Source: Octopus bimaculoides
Taxonomy: Eukaryota
Assembly: GCF_001194135.2 (NCBI RefSeq)
Contig: NC_068999.1
Span: 22,798,621 to 22,831,363, forward strand
DNA: 32,743 nucleotides
Direction of reading: 5' to 3'
The translations under genes and the position numbers were made by a program. A model generated the notes under the pieces. That model had not been told where the DNA came from. It did no database searches and saw only the letters and a program-made list of their open reading frames with translations. Positions 11,229-23,774 of the stretch are shown one piece after another. Position 1 is the first letter of the stretch. Each line of letters opens with the position of its first letter.

Positions 11229-11253
11229 ATATATATATATATATATATATATA

Positions 11254-11282
11254 TTAGCAGAGATACCCACCTTGCTCGGGAT
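11254..11282 (-). mobile_element. Helitron 3' terminus remnant
   Basis: Minus strand CCCGAGCAAGGTGGGTATCTCTG-CTAA|T: degenerate hairpin plus CTRR, adjoining (TA)n as at 3222. Confidence 0.5.
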
Positions 11283-11297
11283 TAAAATAGCATAGTT

Positions 11298-11364
11298 TTT
11301 TCATTGTTTTACCTGTTTCAGTCATGTGACTGCGGCCATGCTGGAGTACCGCCGTTGGTCGAAC
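11298..11364 (-). mobile_element. SINE family A 3' fragment
   Basis: TTTTACCTGTTTCAGTCATGTGACTGCGGCCATGCTGGAGTACCGCC matches the family A tail. Confidence 0.8.
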
Positions 11365-11397
<33 letters not shown>

Positions 11398-11416
11398 CAC
11401 ACATAGATATATATAT

Positions 11417-12335
11417 TTTCTCCAGCAAATCATCAATGAAGAAGACCGAACTCAACTCCAGTCTGATCTATATGCGGTGAGTCAATAGGCAGACACAAAC
11501 AAAATACAGCTAAACGAGAGAAAATTTGACCTGATGCATTTTGGAAGAAAGACTATACTAAAACAGCCATACTCTCTTCCTTCAGGAGAACCGTTTACAG
11601 CGTCTAATAACACCAGGGACCTAGAAATAATTGTTGATAACAATCTCAGTTGGAGTGCCCACATCAACAATAAGGTTGATATAGCTCGTAGGATAAGCTC
11701 CTGGATCTTAAGAACATTCCAGTCCAGAGAACAAGGTGTCATCATTCCACTTTTCTCCTCCTTTTTACGGCCACACCTCGAATACTTCTTCCCACTGTGG
11801 TCTCCCCATACAAAACAAAACACCTCGAAAATTGAATCACCCCAGAGGGCATTCACTAAACGAATTAAGGGCATGACTGATCTCAATTATTGGGACCGCC
11901 TTAAAGCCTTGAAACTCTACTATCTCCAGCGCCGCCGCGAGTGGTACATCATTTGCACGATGTGGAGACTATACTGCCAACATTGCCCAAACGACCTGAA
12001 CATTAGCTTCAAGATTCATCCAAGGCTAGGACCACGGGCCATACGTCCCCTACCCAATTCAGGATCACAACAAATAGGTACACTACGACACAATTTCTTT
12101 TCCACAATAGACCCTGCCCTGTTGAACATTGTCCCAAAACTGATCAAAGAGGAAAAGTATCCCATCACCTTTAAACGGAGTCTGGACAAATTTCTTCAAG
12201 GAATACCAGATTAGCCACCTATACCTGGATACAACTCACAACTTAAATAGATCATGATACCATAAAACTTGACTTAAAAAGGATTTAGATAATCCTATCA
12301 GGTGGTGCTATTAAATTAGACATGGCCTGGACCAA
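11417..12335 (+). mobile_element. 5'-truncated CR1-type LINE (RT C-terminal region plus 3' UTR)
   Basis: LQSDLYAVSQ*ADTNKIQLNERKFDLMHFG..TRDLEIIVDNNLSWSAHI..LRPHLEY..PLWSPH..IESPQRAFTKRI..LNYWDRLKALKLY.LQRRRE..FKRSLDKFLQGIPD; in-frame stop upstream of ORF 11534-12214. Confidence 0.88.
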
Positions 12336-12380
12336 AGATTGGTCCAGGCCATGTCTAAATTGGCATAGTAATCTTTGGAG

Positions 12381-12821
12381 ATTACTATGCCAAATTGCTG
12401 AGGCAGTTACGAAAGACTATCAAGACAAAATGCCCTGAAAACTGACGAAAGGTGTCTTGTATTATCAGGAAAATGCTGCAGCACAGCAGTCGTTGGTTTC
12501 AATGGCTGTTGTGAATGACTGTGGCTTTGAGTTGGTCGATCGCCGTCCTTAATCTCCTGATTTGGCACTATCTGACTATCATCTGTTCCCCAATATGAAA
12601 AACATTTGGCTGGGAACCAGTATCGCAGTGATGATGAAGTCATATCTGCTGTTGATGACTCTTTTAACTAATATGGTGTAAGTTTCTTCACCAATGAGAT
12701 CCAAGTATTGCAACATTGGAAGAAGTGTGTAGATCGTAATGGGGACTATGTTGAAAAAGAAACCTCATTTGATCACATTCCATAAGAGTATTTTGTTCAG
12801 CCTATGAACTTTTCAGCCGAC

Positions 12822-12825
<4 letters not shown>
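12381..12825 (+). mobile_element. mariner transposon 3' remnant
   Basis: YYAKLLRQLRKTIK..KGVLYYQENA..SPDLALSDYHLFPNMK..WKKCVDRNGDYVEK with stops and frameshifts; right TIR-like ..GAACTTTTCAGCCGACCCTC. Confidence 0.88.
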
Positions 12826-12859
<34 letters not shown>

Positions 12860-12897
12860 AAACACACACACATATAGATAGATACATGTGTGTGCGT

Positions 12898-12935
<38 letters not shown>

Positions 12936-13062
12936 CTCTCACTCTCTCTTTCTCTCTCACTCTCTCTTTCTCTCTCACTCTCTCTTTCTCTCTCACTTTC
13001 TCTCTCTATATATATACACATACACACATACACACACATACATATAAATATATACATGCATG
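12826..13062. repeat. Compound (CA)n/(TATC)n/(TC)n tract with 18-bp TCTCTCTCACTCTCTCTT units
   Basis: Directly visible. Confidence 0.93.
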
Positions 13063-13789
13063 CATTAACGGTGATCGTATTAGTCTTAACTTAATCGAGT
13101 TAGCTCTCATCAGGTCGAAGAAAGATCACGACTTTTCAGAATCAGCAAACTGCTGTGAATTCGAACCCAGACCGGTGAAATAATGAAGTTTAACAGAATA
13201 GATTATTCAATTTGACTTTCTAATAAGGTATTATCACTCTCACCCTTTGTGCAGGAGATATTAATGACTCCTTATAAGGCTTGGGGCGGGATAAAAGAAA
13301 AGTAAACTGTTATTTATGTCTCCCCAAAGTGTTAATAACGAAAATCAAGAGAAATGAATTCAAGAGAGCGTCGACCCCAGATCACACATTCAGATCACGG
13401 ACAGCTTACATGTTACTTCACAGGATTCGCCCTTGAGAACACACTAGGACACACACACACAATATATACACACACAGAGTATGTGTGTGTGTGTGTGTGT
13501 ATGAGGGAGAAAGAGAAAGAGAAGGAGAAAGAGAGAGAGAAAGAGATAGCGCAGGTCAGGTCGTTGTGAGATAAACTAGACTGTATAAATCCGGTTTTTA
13601 CTCGAATGAGATAGCATTCATATCATATCTCATAGACTGGTCATTTGCAGAATTTGTACACCGACACTGGTTAGCAATCTTTTGAGTACATGCAAAAACA
13701 TTACATCTACAACTATATTTATCTTTGAGGCTGGTGCATTTGTATGTAGAAGCACTTCTATTATTTTCCATATTCACGGGCGTGTAAGT

Positions 13790-13790
13790 A

Positions 13791-13841
<51 letters not shown>

Positions 13842-13867
13842 ATGCATGTATGCATGCATGTATATAT
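13790..13867. repeat. (GTCT)n/(GCAT)n microsatellite
   Basis: Directly visible. Confidence 0.93.
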
Positions 13868-14548
13868 NNNNNNNNNNNNNNNNNNNNNNNNNNNNNNNNN
13901 NNNNNNNNNNNNNNNNNNNNNNNNNNNNNNNNNNNNNNNNNNNNNNNNNNNNNNNNNNNNNNNNNNNNNNNNNNNNNNNNNNNNNNNNNNNNNNNNNNNN
14001 NNNNNNNNNNNNNNNNNNNNNNNNNNNNNNNNNNNNNNNNNNNNNNNNNNNNNNNNNNNNNNNNNNNNNNNNNNNNNNNNNNNNNNNNNNNNNNNNNNNN
14101 NNNNNNNNNNNNNNNNNNNNNNNNNNNNNNNNNNNNNNNNNNNNNNNNNNNNNNNNNNNNNNNNNNNNNNNNNNNNNNNNNNNTTAAATGTTATGGTCAC
14201 TCTATGACTGGCCATAACGTTTAACTTCCTAAAAAATATATTACTGGTCTAATTAATGCTTAGCGTGCCTCTTTTTCGGATATATGAACTATTGACGATT
14301 CATTACGTATACCGGTTGCAGAATATTTTGCAAAAGACCTCCACGTCATTTGTCTTATATACATATACATATGTGTGTGTGTGTGTATAAGACAAAAGAG
14401 GGTGTGTATTTCCACGCAGGAAAAGATATAGGCAAATTTGTTGTTGAAAATGCACCTAAATCTGGAAGACTTGTAATTATTTAAAATAAATTTATTTACA
14501 TATATACCAAACTAGTTTCAACTATATTTTTTGTTTATCAATGGTAAA

Positions 14549-14693
14549 AATTTACAATTATGAATTAGAAAAACATTTTAAAAAGTTTCAATGTTGACAA
14601 ATTTAAATGTTCATAACAGATAAATTTAGAATTATGAATTAGAAAAACATGTTAAAAAATTTCGATGTTGACAAGTTTAAATGTTCGCAACAG
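14549..14693 (+). repeat. Imperfect tandem duplication, ~74-bp period
   Basis: AATTATGAATTAGAAAAACAT..AATGTTC..AACAG at 14556 and again at 14630. Confidence 0.85.
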
Positions 14694-15913
14694 TCAATAA
14701 TATTAAAACTGTGCATCAGTTTGTTTGAATGTAAAAAGATCATTAGTGTTAGTAATCATCGACATGAAATGAATATCATCAAAGTTTCGGTCATACTGAG
14801 TTAAGAGGGAAAATCACTTTCCCCTAGAAGATTTCTCAGATACTGTTCATCATTAATCAAACACAATAAACAGAATAACACTGTGTAACACGATTTTTGT
14901 CCTTGGGTAAGAACTGTCATTTCCTATTTGCTTACTTCTAGAAAGTATGAAAAATGCCTATTTCCTTCAAAATTTGCATTTCTTATATTTATTCAAACCC
15001 CAAAGAATTCCTCTCAACACATGGCTATGATGCTCCCTCACTACTCCTGCTTATGATCAGAAATGTACATATTGTTAGTCACTAAGGGACATGCTCAAGT
15101 GGTTTAAGATCAAGCAAGTGACAAATAAATCTGTGGTATTGAGCAGAATATTTGCTATAATGATATTTCTGCTTCAGTAACCCAGTGCTGAATATGTCTG
15201 AAATGTAATGGAAAGTAGGTCAATTTCAAAATATTGATGTCCAAGTCAGAAAAGCAAAGTTTGAAGGGAAAAGCAGTCATTTTCTTTCATTGCTAGATAG
15301 AAGCAAATAGAAAACAACACTTACTGACTGAAGACAAAAAATAAAAATGGAAATAAAATCTTCGTTACACAGTATTATTTAATAATAATCTTTTCATCTT
15401 TCACTACTCGGGTAAAGTCTACACTGACAATCGTACAATGATTCGCTGAAGAGGTCTATTAAATCAAACTCACTACGCATTACACTCTATATTTAAATAA
15501 TCTTAATTAATTAAAATGAATTAAATTTTATTGCCAATATTATCCTCAAATACGAGCGTTAACCAATGCTCCTTTTTAAATTTCCATTCGTGATGCCCCA
15601 GATCACTTCTGGAGTAAAAACAGTCTAACATTTTCCGAGAAATTGTTCATGCATCTTACAAAGCCCTTATTGTATCCTTGTCCTACATAAATGTTGATAC
15701 GGTCTTGTAGGCTGATATGTTAACATATTCAGTATATGAGACAACAGTTATTGACCCTTCCCCTGTCAAACTAAAAAGGAAATATGTATTAAATGTGAAA
15801 TAATGGATTAACAATTCAGTTTCTTTGCGAGAGGAGTTCCGCAATTATTTTAAGCTGCCTTTCCAACCGACCGCAGCCGTGATACCTTCTAACAATCGGT
15901 TGAAATTGCTCGG

Positions 15914-15914
<1 letters not shown>

Positions 15915-16004
<90 letters not shown>

Positions 16005-16048
16005 TTCTCTCTCTCTCTCTCCCTCTCTCCTCCCCTTCTCTCTCTCTT
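15915..16048. repeat. (CT)n microsatellite
   Basis: Directly visible. Confidence 0.95.
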
Positions 16049-16817
16049 CCTCGTTAGCTCTGGTAGAGTCATTTTCATGTGGTGTGTTTATGCTTATATC
16101 ATCAATGTAGGCGGGTTAAATTGTCCACTATTAGGAAGTCGCCAAAATATAACATCTAATATGGTCTGGTGCTCTGCACGACAGTAGTGGCCGCAAAAAC
16201 TACACTGCGTGTCCTGAAAAGATAAATTTACAACATTAAGCAATTGTAAGTAATATAAGAAAATTATTATTATAACTAGGGCAACGGGGAAAAATGCCAA
16301 TTTTCAAAACTTTTAAAATTTATCAAAAGAACTGTTACATATTATGTTGCCATTTGCTTAATGTTAAAACCGGCACTGGAATAAAAAAAGTTTCTGTGGT
16401 ACACTTTTCTCTTGGTGTCCAAGCTACACCACTGTGTGTTAATGTCTCAATTAACTCATTGTGTGTTAATGTCTCAATCAGATAACAGTGGCAAAAAGGT
16501 TTTGGAGGCTAGATTTGCTGGGGACGGATTTGGGGTGTTGATTCCGAATATACCATCAGTTCTATTCTATCAAATTTCGTTTTGGAGATACAGCTTATCT
16601 CTTTATGAGGTTTCTATTTATGCGTTGAAATTAGGGATTTCAGTTGCTTCTTACATTTTGCTGCCTTGGAGGTTACGTATATTTAGGGCTGCTGATTCTA
16701 AAATTTGCATCAATTATGTCCTATCAATCCTAATTAATTAATGATTTGATAATTTAATACAAAAACAACCACAATATTAATGTTATAAATATTTTGCAAG
16801 ACATAAACAACCTCATG

Positions 16818-16972
16818 CAAAGCGGTATTTCGTCTTTACATCCTGGATTCAAATTTCGCCGAGGTCTGCATTGCCTTTCATTTTTTCGTATCGATAAAAT
16901 AAGTACTGGGGTCGATGTAATCGACTATCCCCCCACCAAATCCCATGTCTTGCGCCTACTTTAGGAAGAATT
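16818..16972 (+). mobile_element. SINE family B, degenerate and 5'-truncated
   Basis: AGCGGTATTTCGTC..TCAAATTTCGCCGAGGTC..GATAAAATAAGTACTGGGGTCGATGTAATCGACT. Confidence 0.75.
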
Positions 16973-17600
16973 ACTTCAGTATAAAATGCTTATAGTGTAC
17001 TGCATCAAAATCTACAGCAATTGTAACTCAAAAATAAAGATTAAATGATCAATTATTCAACATAGAAGTGGCTTATTTTACAAGTATTTCTAGAATGGAG
17101 TTTACCAAAACAATGTTGCTGGAAATTCTAGTAGTAGTCTGCTACAAGTCTTCCACCTTCGTTGGTACCTCTCCTTTATTGTCATTATACCCCAATAAAA
17201 TCCTTTTCCTTTTTCTCATATTATCAAGCTTCAAGATGAGTGAAATGACTTCAGGTGTAATAAACCCTGATGTTCATGTGACAGTTACATGTTCAAATCG
17301 GCAACAATCTACTCCATTTATTTAAATTAGTTGTCTGCCTTGTGGTTGTGAAGAAGGTTTTAGATAATTAAGACAAACGAAGACCATGCATAGGGTTCAG
17401 TAGTATCCATTGAATATATAAATGTCTGATAAGCTCTCTTATCTAAAAACCATAAAACCCCTGCCTTTTCACGCTAAATTCAAAGAATTTACTGCATAAA
17501 TATTCAAAGTAGACACCTTTTTTATTCAATGTCTTTAAGATTTTATGTTGAAATAAGCTGATTTCATTATATGCGGTTCTTTTAATTAGAATGTAATATA

Positions 17601-18813
17601 TTGGGTCATCCCATAAATAATGCATGTTTTTTTATACTTCTTTTATTTTTTAAAGTTAAAATAAGCAAAGTTCCTTTTTAATCTAAAATATACTCTCCTT
17701 CATTTTCCACAATGCTCTTCCATTTATCTGGTAGACTTGTAAAGCCCCTCTTCCAAAATTCACTTGTCCGTGACTAAAAATACTTCTCCAGTACTGTTCT
17801 GACCTCGTTTGCAAAATTCATATTTTTTCAGTCCAAATGATTTTGAAGACTGTAAAATAAATGATAATCAGATGGGATAATGTCCGGCGAATATGGTGGG
17901 TGGGGCATCGTTTCCCATTCAAACTGCTCCATCTATGTAACCGAGCATTATCCTGATGGAAGAACACCTTTCGTCTTGAAACCAAAGATGGTCATTTAAG
18001 CTGCTCAAGCTGCTCGCAGTAGATCTCCTTTGTCATCATTTGGCTTGGGTTTAAAAGTTAAAAGTTGACTAAACCTTTCATATCCCACCAAACAGATAAC
18101 AACACCTTACGTGAGTGAAGATCTTTAGCCTGGTGTGCCGGTGTTTCTCCTTTCACTACCTACTATCTTTAGCGCTTGACATTTTTATTGAGAACCTATT
18201 TCTCGTCTCTAGTCATTATTCAGTAAAAAAAAAAGGTTCATTCATGAAATGTGACAGCAAAGAAGAGCACACATTCACTCTGCGCGCGATTAGATTCGAA
18301 AAATTTCCGATGGCACACAGGTGTCGATGAATGGTTGAATGACCAAACCCAAGCTTTTCTGCTAGTTCTTCAGCAGTTACGATGGGATTTTGTTCCACCT
18401 TGGTTTGTAGAACGTCCTCTTCAATCTCTACAGATCTTCCAGGACGAGGTTCGTCTTGCCGGCTGTTGTTTCCGGCTCGGAATTTCTGGAACCACCATTG
18501 ACACTGGCTTACGCTTATTGTCCGATTCCCATATACTGCATTGATATTGCTCGCACCCTCTGTTGCGTTGTTGCCTTTATTGAACTCATAAAACAAAATA
18601 TGCCGAATATGCTCCTTTTGTCACTTTCATTATAGCTTTGAAAAAATAACTGTTAAAAATCGAACTGCAGTATTCAAACTCGCACTAAGAATAAGCACAA
18701 GGTAAAATTACTACCTGCTTTTATAGCAAGTTGATACAGGTATTTTTCCCGTCCCCCTCCGACTTTTAGTTCACGCAAGTGAAAAAAGACGCATTATTTA
18801 TGGGATGACCCAA
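17601..18813 (-). mobile_element. mariner element with both TIRs, TA TSD and a decayed transposase (~17678-18630)
   Basis: Perfect 23-bp TIRs TTGGGTCATCCCATAAATAATGC, TA on each side; HTH region (ORF 18216-18596), MTRDEK, SVWWDMKG, FHQDNAR, PHPPYSPDIIPSDYHLF; stops, frameshifts and deletions. Confidence 0.95.
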
Positions 18814-19529
18814 TATTAATGTCATTAGTACTGTTATTTTTCATTAAAATTATAGATAATTAATCAATTAAAGCTGATAGGGTAAAAACTGATAAAACAC
18901 GTCTTTCATCGCATGAAAATGTAAAGTGTAGCTAGGGTCCACAATTTTAATATAGGAATAGATGCATTAGCTTAAAATAGGGTAAGCTATATCTTCAGAA
19001 CTGGAACTGATTGAACAGATTTAAAATTAAATCATGTCATTAGTGTTAATTTCTGCCGTAAAATCTTATAAGGGCAGATTCCTCCTTCCATAAATTAGCT
19101 AAATGGCAGGTAAGCGACGAATTAGTATCTAGCTGTTTTGCACTCTTGTGTTTAGAACGAGGTCGTTAATGAATGAATATGTTGATAGCTGCTAAATGTA
19201 ACTTTCAACTAAAATCATGAATGTACATCTACTCATTGAATTGTTGGGTAACTACTGAAACCATTGTCTTTGTCAAGTGTTTTAAAGAACACTAAAGCAG
19301 AAAGTCGCTTGTTGCTTTTTCAGTGTCATGTGAGAGAACCGTAGCTCTACACACAAACAAATTTGTTATGCTGCTCTGCACTATCCATTTAGGTAAGAGA
19401 CGTTTTGACACAGTTGTTTTCGCATCGGTTGTTTGGTGTCGCTAATTCGACACTGACTTATTTGACATCAGGCGTTTCAGTGTCACTCTCACGTTATCTT
19501 CCCAAGTGCAAACGACTTTGGACGTAAAC

Positions 19530-21280
19530 TGTGCTGCAGTACCTTTGCAACTGAGAGAGGCTTGAAGATACATCAGGGAAAGATTTGTAAGAAGAGGACA
19601 GAGCAGTGTGGATCATCTGATCGTAAAACACGTGGTAAATCATCTCCGGACTCAAAGCACAATGGATCGATAAATGCTACAGCAAAGACCTCTTCTCGGC
19701 AAGAAATTACAGGTTATAAGACTGTGCATCAGATAGTACTCGGAGGAAACCGAGGGTTCTGTGGCCTGCTGCTAATGAGAAAGGAAGATATAAAGAGTTT
19801 GAGAACAAGGTATGTAAAGCTCTTTATAATATGACAGGATCTACAATGGAGAAACTGGGGAAGTTAGAAAGCTCAATGTACGGTACAGGAAAGGAATTAT
19901 TTGGACTGATATATGGGACCGATTAGCGAAAGGAAAGTGTGGCCCAAGCAGGGGGATCAGGAAAATGAAACAGTTGAGGAGGGGAAAGAACAGCCAAAGA
20001 AAGCGATGGAAATGAGCGAAGGAAGACGAAAAACCTGACCTCGCGCAGCTGTGCGAAGATTTTAAAGGAAAATGCCGTTATGTAACGACACATCCACCGG
20101 TATGAGTGAAGAAAAGAAAGCAAAAGGACTCCTGAACAGTTTCTGAAGAACCCGTACGGGGGTTACTAAGAAGCTATTCACTGAACCAAAGAGTGGCACT
20201 TCATTGTGCACAAAAGAAGAATTGGATGTTCATATTAAAGAAACCTCTAGCGACCCAAACCGTAACTAGCTATTGCCACCTACAAATGGACTAAGGCATC
20301 TCTTAGAACCTGATATCAAATTTCAAATTGGGGACATCAGGGAGAAAGAGGTGAATGATTTTGTGAGAAAAGCAAGAGAAAAGAGAGCCCCAGGAGGTGA
20401 TGGCGTTCTGTATAAAGTATATAAATATTGCAATCGTCTCTGGAATCCCTGGGTGCGTTGAGCATCGTTTCTCGATTTGGAAAGCGATCCATGACACCAA
20501 AAAAAACAAGACAAGTCTGAACGTGGTATGGCTTGATCTAGTTAATGTATATGGCTCAGAACCACACGAATTGCTGATAAGAGCCATGGACCACTTCCTC
20601 ATCCCGGAGAAAGTAACAAGATTAATCAGGGTATATTATGACAGTTTCGAGATGAGGTTTACTGCAGGAAATTTTTCAACAGATTGGCGCCGTTTTGGAG
20701 ATTGGCATTGCTGCTGGTAGCACAATATCTGTCACGTGGTTTATCTTAGTCATGGAGATGATTTTGAAAGCAGCGGATTTTTCGGAACAAATCGCCCATG
20801 CACAATCACCTAAGAAGGCCTTCATGGATGACGTGATACTGCTGCCGACAGACAAGCAAATCATGCAGAGTGCCCTCTTGAGGCTAGACGAGTTGGTGAA
20901 GTGGTCAAGGATGCGATTCAGAGCAAAAAAGTCGCATAGTCTGACATTTATTAAGGAAGTGCAAAAAGAAGTTAAGTTTAAAATAGCTGAAGAAAGCATT
21001 CCAACAGTCAAGGAAGAATCCGTTAACAGTTTGGGACGTGTATACGCTGGAACATTGTCAGATAGGAGTTGCACGATGCAAATTATGAAAGAAGCCGAGG
21101 ATGGGTTAACAGCAATTGACAGCTCAAAGCTACCAGGTAAATATAAAATATGGTGCTTACAGTTTGGCTTGTATTCGCGCCTTTCGTGGCCGCTTCTAAT
21201 ATACGCGGTGGCATTGTCAGGAGTTCAAATCATTGAACAAAAGTGTAATGTGTTCATTAAAATGTGGCTAGGCCTACCTT
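19530..21280 (+). mobile_element. HERO-clade (RLE/R2-group) non-LTR retrotransposon remnant: zinc finger plus RT
   Basis: CSTFATERGLKIHQGKIC zinc-finger-like motif; KRAPGGDGVLYKVYK; PGCVEH..VVWLDLVNVYGSEPH; GIAAGSTIS; AFMDD; KLPGKYKIWCLQFGLYSRLSWPLLIY; broken by frameshifts and an internal deletion near 20448. Confidence 0.85.
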
Positions 21281-21361
21281 GGTGGCTTCCGATATGCGGA
21301 GCTTTCGACTGGTAGCACTTGCATGTGCAAGTTGTTTGCAAAACATATACATATATGAATA

Positions 21362-21403
21362 GACACACACACACACACGCACACACGCACACGCACGCAC
21401 GCA

Positions 21404-21472
<69 letters not shown>
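21362..21472. repeat. (CA)n microsatellite
   Basis: Directly visible. Confidence 0.95.
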
Positions 21473-21475
<3 letters not shown>

Positions 21476-21499
21476 TATACATAATTTCTTGTTTCGTCT

Positions 21500-21700
21500 T
21501 TTATCGTTTATTTTCTGCGTTTTTCAGTCATTGGACTACGGCTATGCTGGGGTACTACCTTGGAGGGTTCTGGTTCGGTTTCTTTTTCCGAGCTAGTAAT
21601 GTTACGGGAATGTTAACAAACAAGCACTGATTATCAAGGAATGTGAGAGAAACAAGCACAGTCACGAAGACACACACACGTACACAGGACGGGCTTCCAA
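21500..21700 (-). mobile_element. Highly degenerate SINE family A-like copy
   Basis: TTTCAGTCATTGGACTACGGCTATGCTGGGGTACTACC..GTTACGGGA..GACGGGCTTCC. Confidence 0.5.
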
Positions 21701-21979
21701 CTAATATATTAATTGTTAATGAAACGCGACTATCAATCGTTGCTATTATGTAAAAGTGTCGTAAGTTCAAAACGTTGCTTTTTCAGAAAGCGAAAAAATA
21801 ATTTCACCATTCCATAGCAAAACCGTTGTACTACACCTTGACAATTTTCATATCTTGGCCTCTGAAGCAGCTGCAGATATAACAGTTTGACCAAAAGAAC
21901 CGGCTATTACAAGCAAAAATATATATTGAAAAAAAAAAAAAAGCGCATTAGTTAGGTAAGGATAAGATTGTAATTTGTG

Positions 21980-22972
21980 AATGTGTATTTAGCTGCATGT
22001 AGGCATCTGTGTAATTGTCCCTAAAATCTATTTATAATGCGCTTCTTTGTTAACAATACTGAGAGTGACTCTTCGGAACATAGCTGGCATTTCCGGAATA
22101 AGGTGTTGTAGGGAGTCGCAGGTCAGGTCATATATTACTTTCTCTTCCTTGAGTCTCTAGATAAAATCAACCAGTGGTGTTACATACCGTTTAAAGATAT
22201 TTCGAAAGCTGGCAATGTGGTTATGATATCGATTTTGGAAAAGATCTACCGAGGCTCCGATATATACGTAGGGGCCTTCTCTATTATTTACAGTGTACTT
22301 ATATATCACATTTTTTGTTATACATTGATTGTTTAAAGGACATTTGGATTTGTCTCTGCATGAGCATAAATGGTTTGTTTTTGTGCTGCGAGTACTAGAT
22401 GAATTGGTTCTGTTCAGTATATTTGTGGTCATTGTTATCCTTTTATTATCACTATTTCTGGGTGTATTAGTGTTGTTGTTTGAATTATTGGTGGTGTGAT
22501 TCGTTGGATGGTTATTGTCGATATTGTAGTTGTTTTATCTCGGTTGCTTTCATAGTTAGAGTTATTATCATTTTGATGCATTAATTGATTGATATTAGTG
22601 TTGTCTCTAGATTGGTTAAATGAGTCGCGGTCAATTTTTACGTCTTATTTTGAGTGTAGTCTGTTCGTTGTCTCAGTTTCCAATTGTTAATCCTACGAAC
22701 GTGGTGCTCTATATTTGATGAATTAGCATAGGACAGTTTTATAGTATGACGGTTAAATATTTTGTTGTACACTTCATTTTTAGGGAAGTAGCGATCAAGG
22801 TCAGCGAAAAATTGTTTCGCGATTTTGGATGAGATGTCCGAGCTCCAGATTGGGTTATACCAAAAGATAACATGGTTTTTATATTTTCGGTTAGGTCTGT
22901 TTGTACGGGTGTTTGATGTGGTATTGGGATTTTGTGGCGTTAGTTGTTTAATTTGTTGTCTGTTTCTAGTTT
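21980..22972 (-). mobile_element. Penelope-like element C-terminal region (thumb plus GIY-YIG endonuclease)
   Basis: IFWYNPIWS..YFPKNEVYNKIFNRHTIKLSY; CSCRDKSKCPLNNQCITKNVIYK..VYIGAS..FQNRYHNHIASFR; CQLC downstream. Confidence 0.88.
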
Positions 22973-23774
22973 TCTCCTGTGTTACTAGAGCCATGTGTGA
23001 TAATGCAGAGTCTTACTGAAACACATATGGCCTTCCATTGCATATATTATCTATCCATGGCTTAAGAATTATTTCCAGGACCTCAATGTAGGCGGCAGAG
23101 TTAACTCTAAGGCCTTATGGAAAAAAAGTAAGGAGGCACCACATGTCCTTCATTGCTGACAATCCCTAAAAATTTTGTATGTATAACACTTGGAACTTCA
23201 GAAGTGTCTGCACATAACCATCTGTCATTTCTTCTGTTAGCTTTTTGATCTTGGTCGAAGTTTTTCTCGTTTGAGAAAAAAACAAATCAAATCTTCTTCT
23301 GGATTTTTCAGCTTGTTTAAGAGCCTTTTAGATCTGATGTAGTGATTGCCTTTTGCTTTTTATGAGAAATTGACCTTTCCTCATCATACAAGACTTATAT
23401 CTGATGTCTTTGTGGACAACATATCTTACTGTTCCTTCTGACACATGGAGAGTTTTGAAATTGGCCTCATGGAATTTCTGGGATTGTAATCAACTTGCCG
23501 GTGGTCTGATGATTTTAGAGCGTTTAGAATGCTTTTTGTGCTTTGATACTGGTGATACGTTTCCATCTTCAGTCTCTAGCTCCTTACAAACTTTGTAGAC
23601 GAAAGATCTTTATGCTCAGCCTTTATAACCACAATAACAGCATGCCTCTTCATTTCTTGAGTAAGTTGGGGGGTCTGCCATTATTATTTTCTGAAACAAA
23701 GATTATAAAGAGTTAGCAAAAAATACAGCAATGACCCCAAAAAGGTATGTCCTCAAATACCTTACGTACCCTGA

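Noticed and set aside
10413-11295. ORFs of 110-285 aa spanning N-runs (also 13.6-14.2, 23.7-24.3, 27.1-27.5 and 28.1-28.8 kb)
   Set aside because: Artefacts of assembly gaps.
13150-13185. B-box-like GGGTTCGAATTC on the minus strand as a tRNA
   Set aside because: No cloverleaf; at most a decayed SINE head.
21720-21800. Hammerhead at the 3' side of the Penelope remnant
   Set aside because: The CTGAAAA..GAAC spacing and stems do not fit the core.
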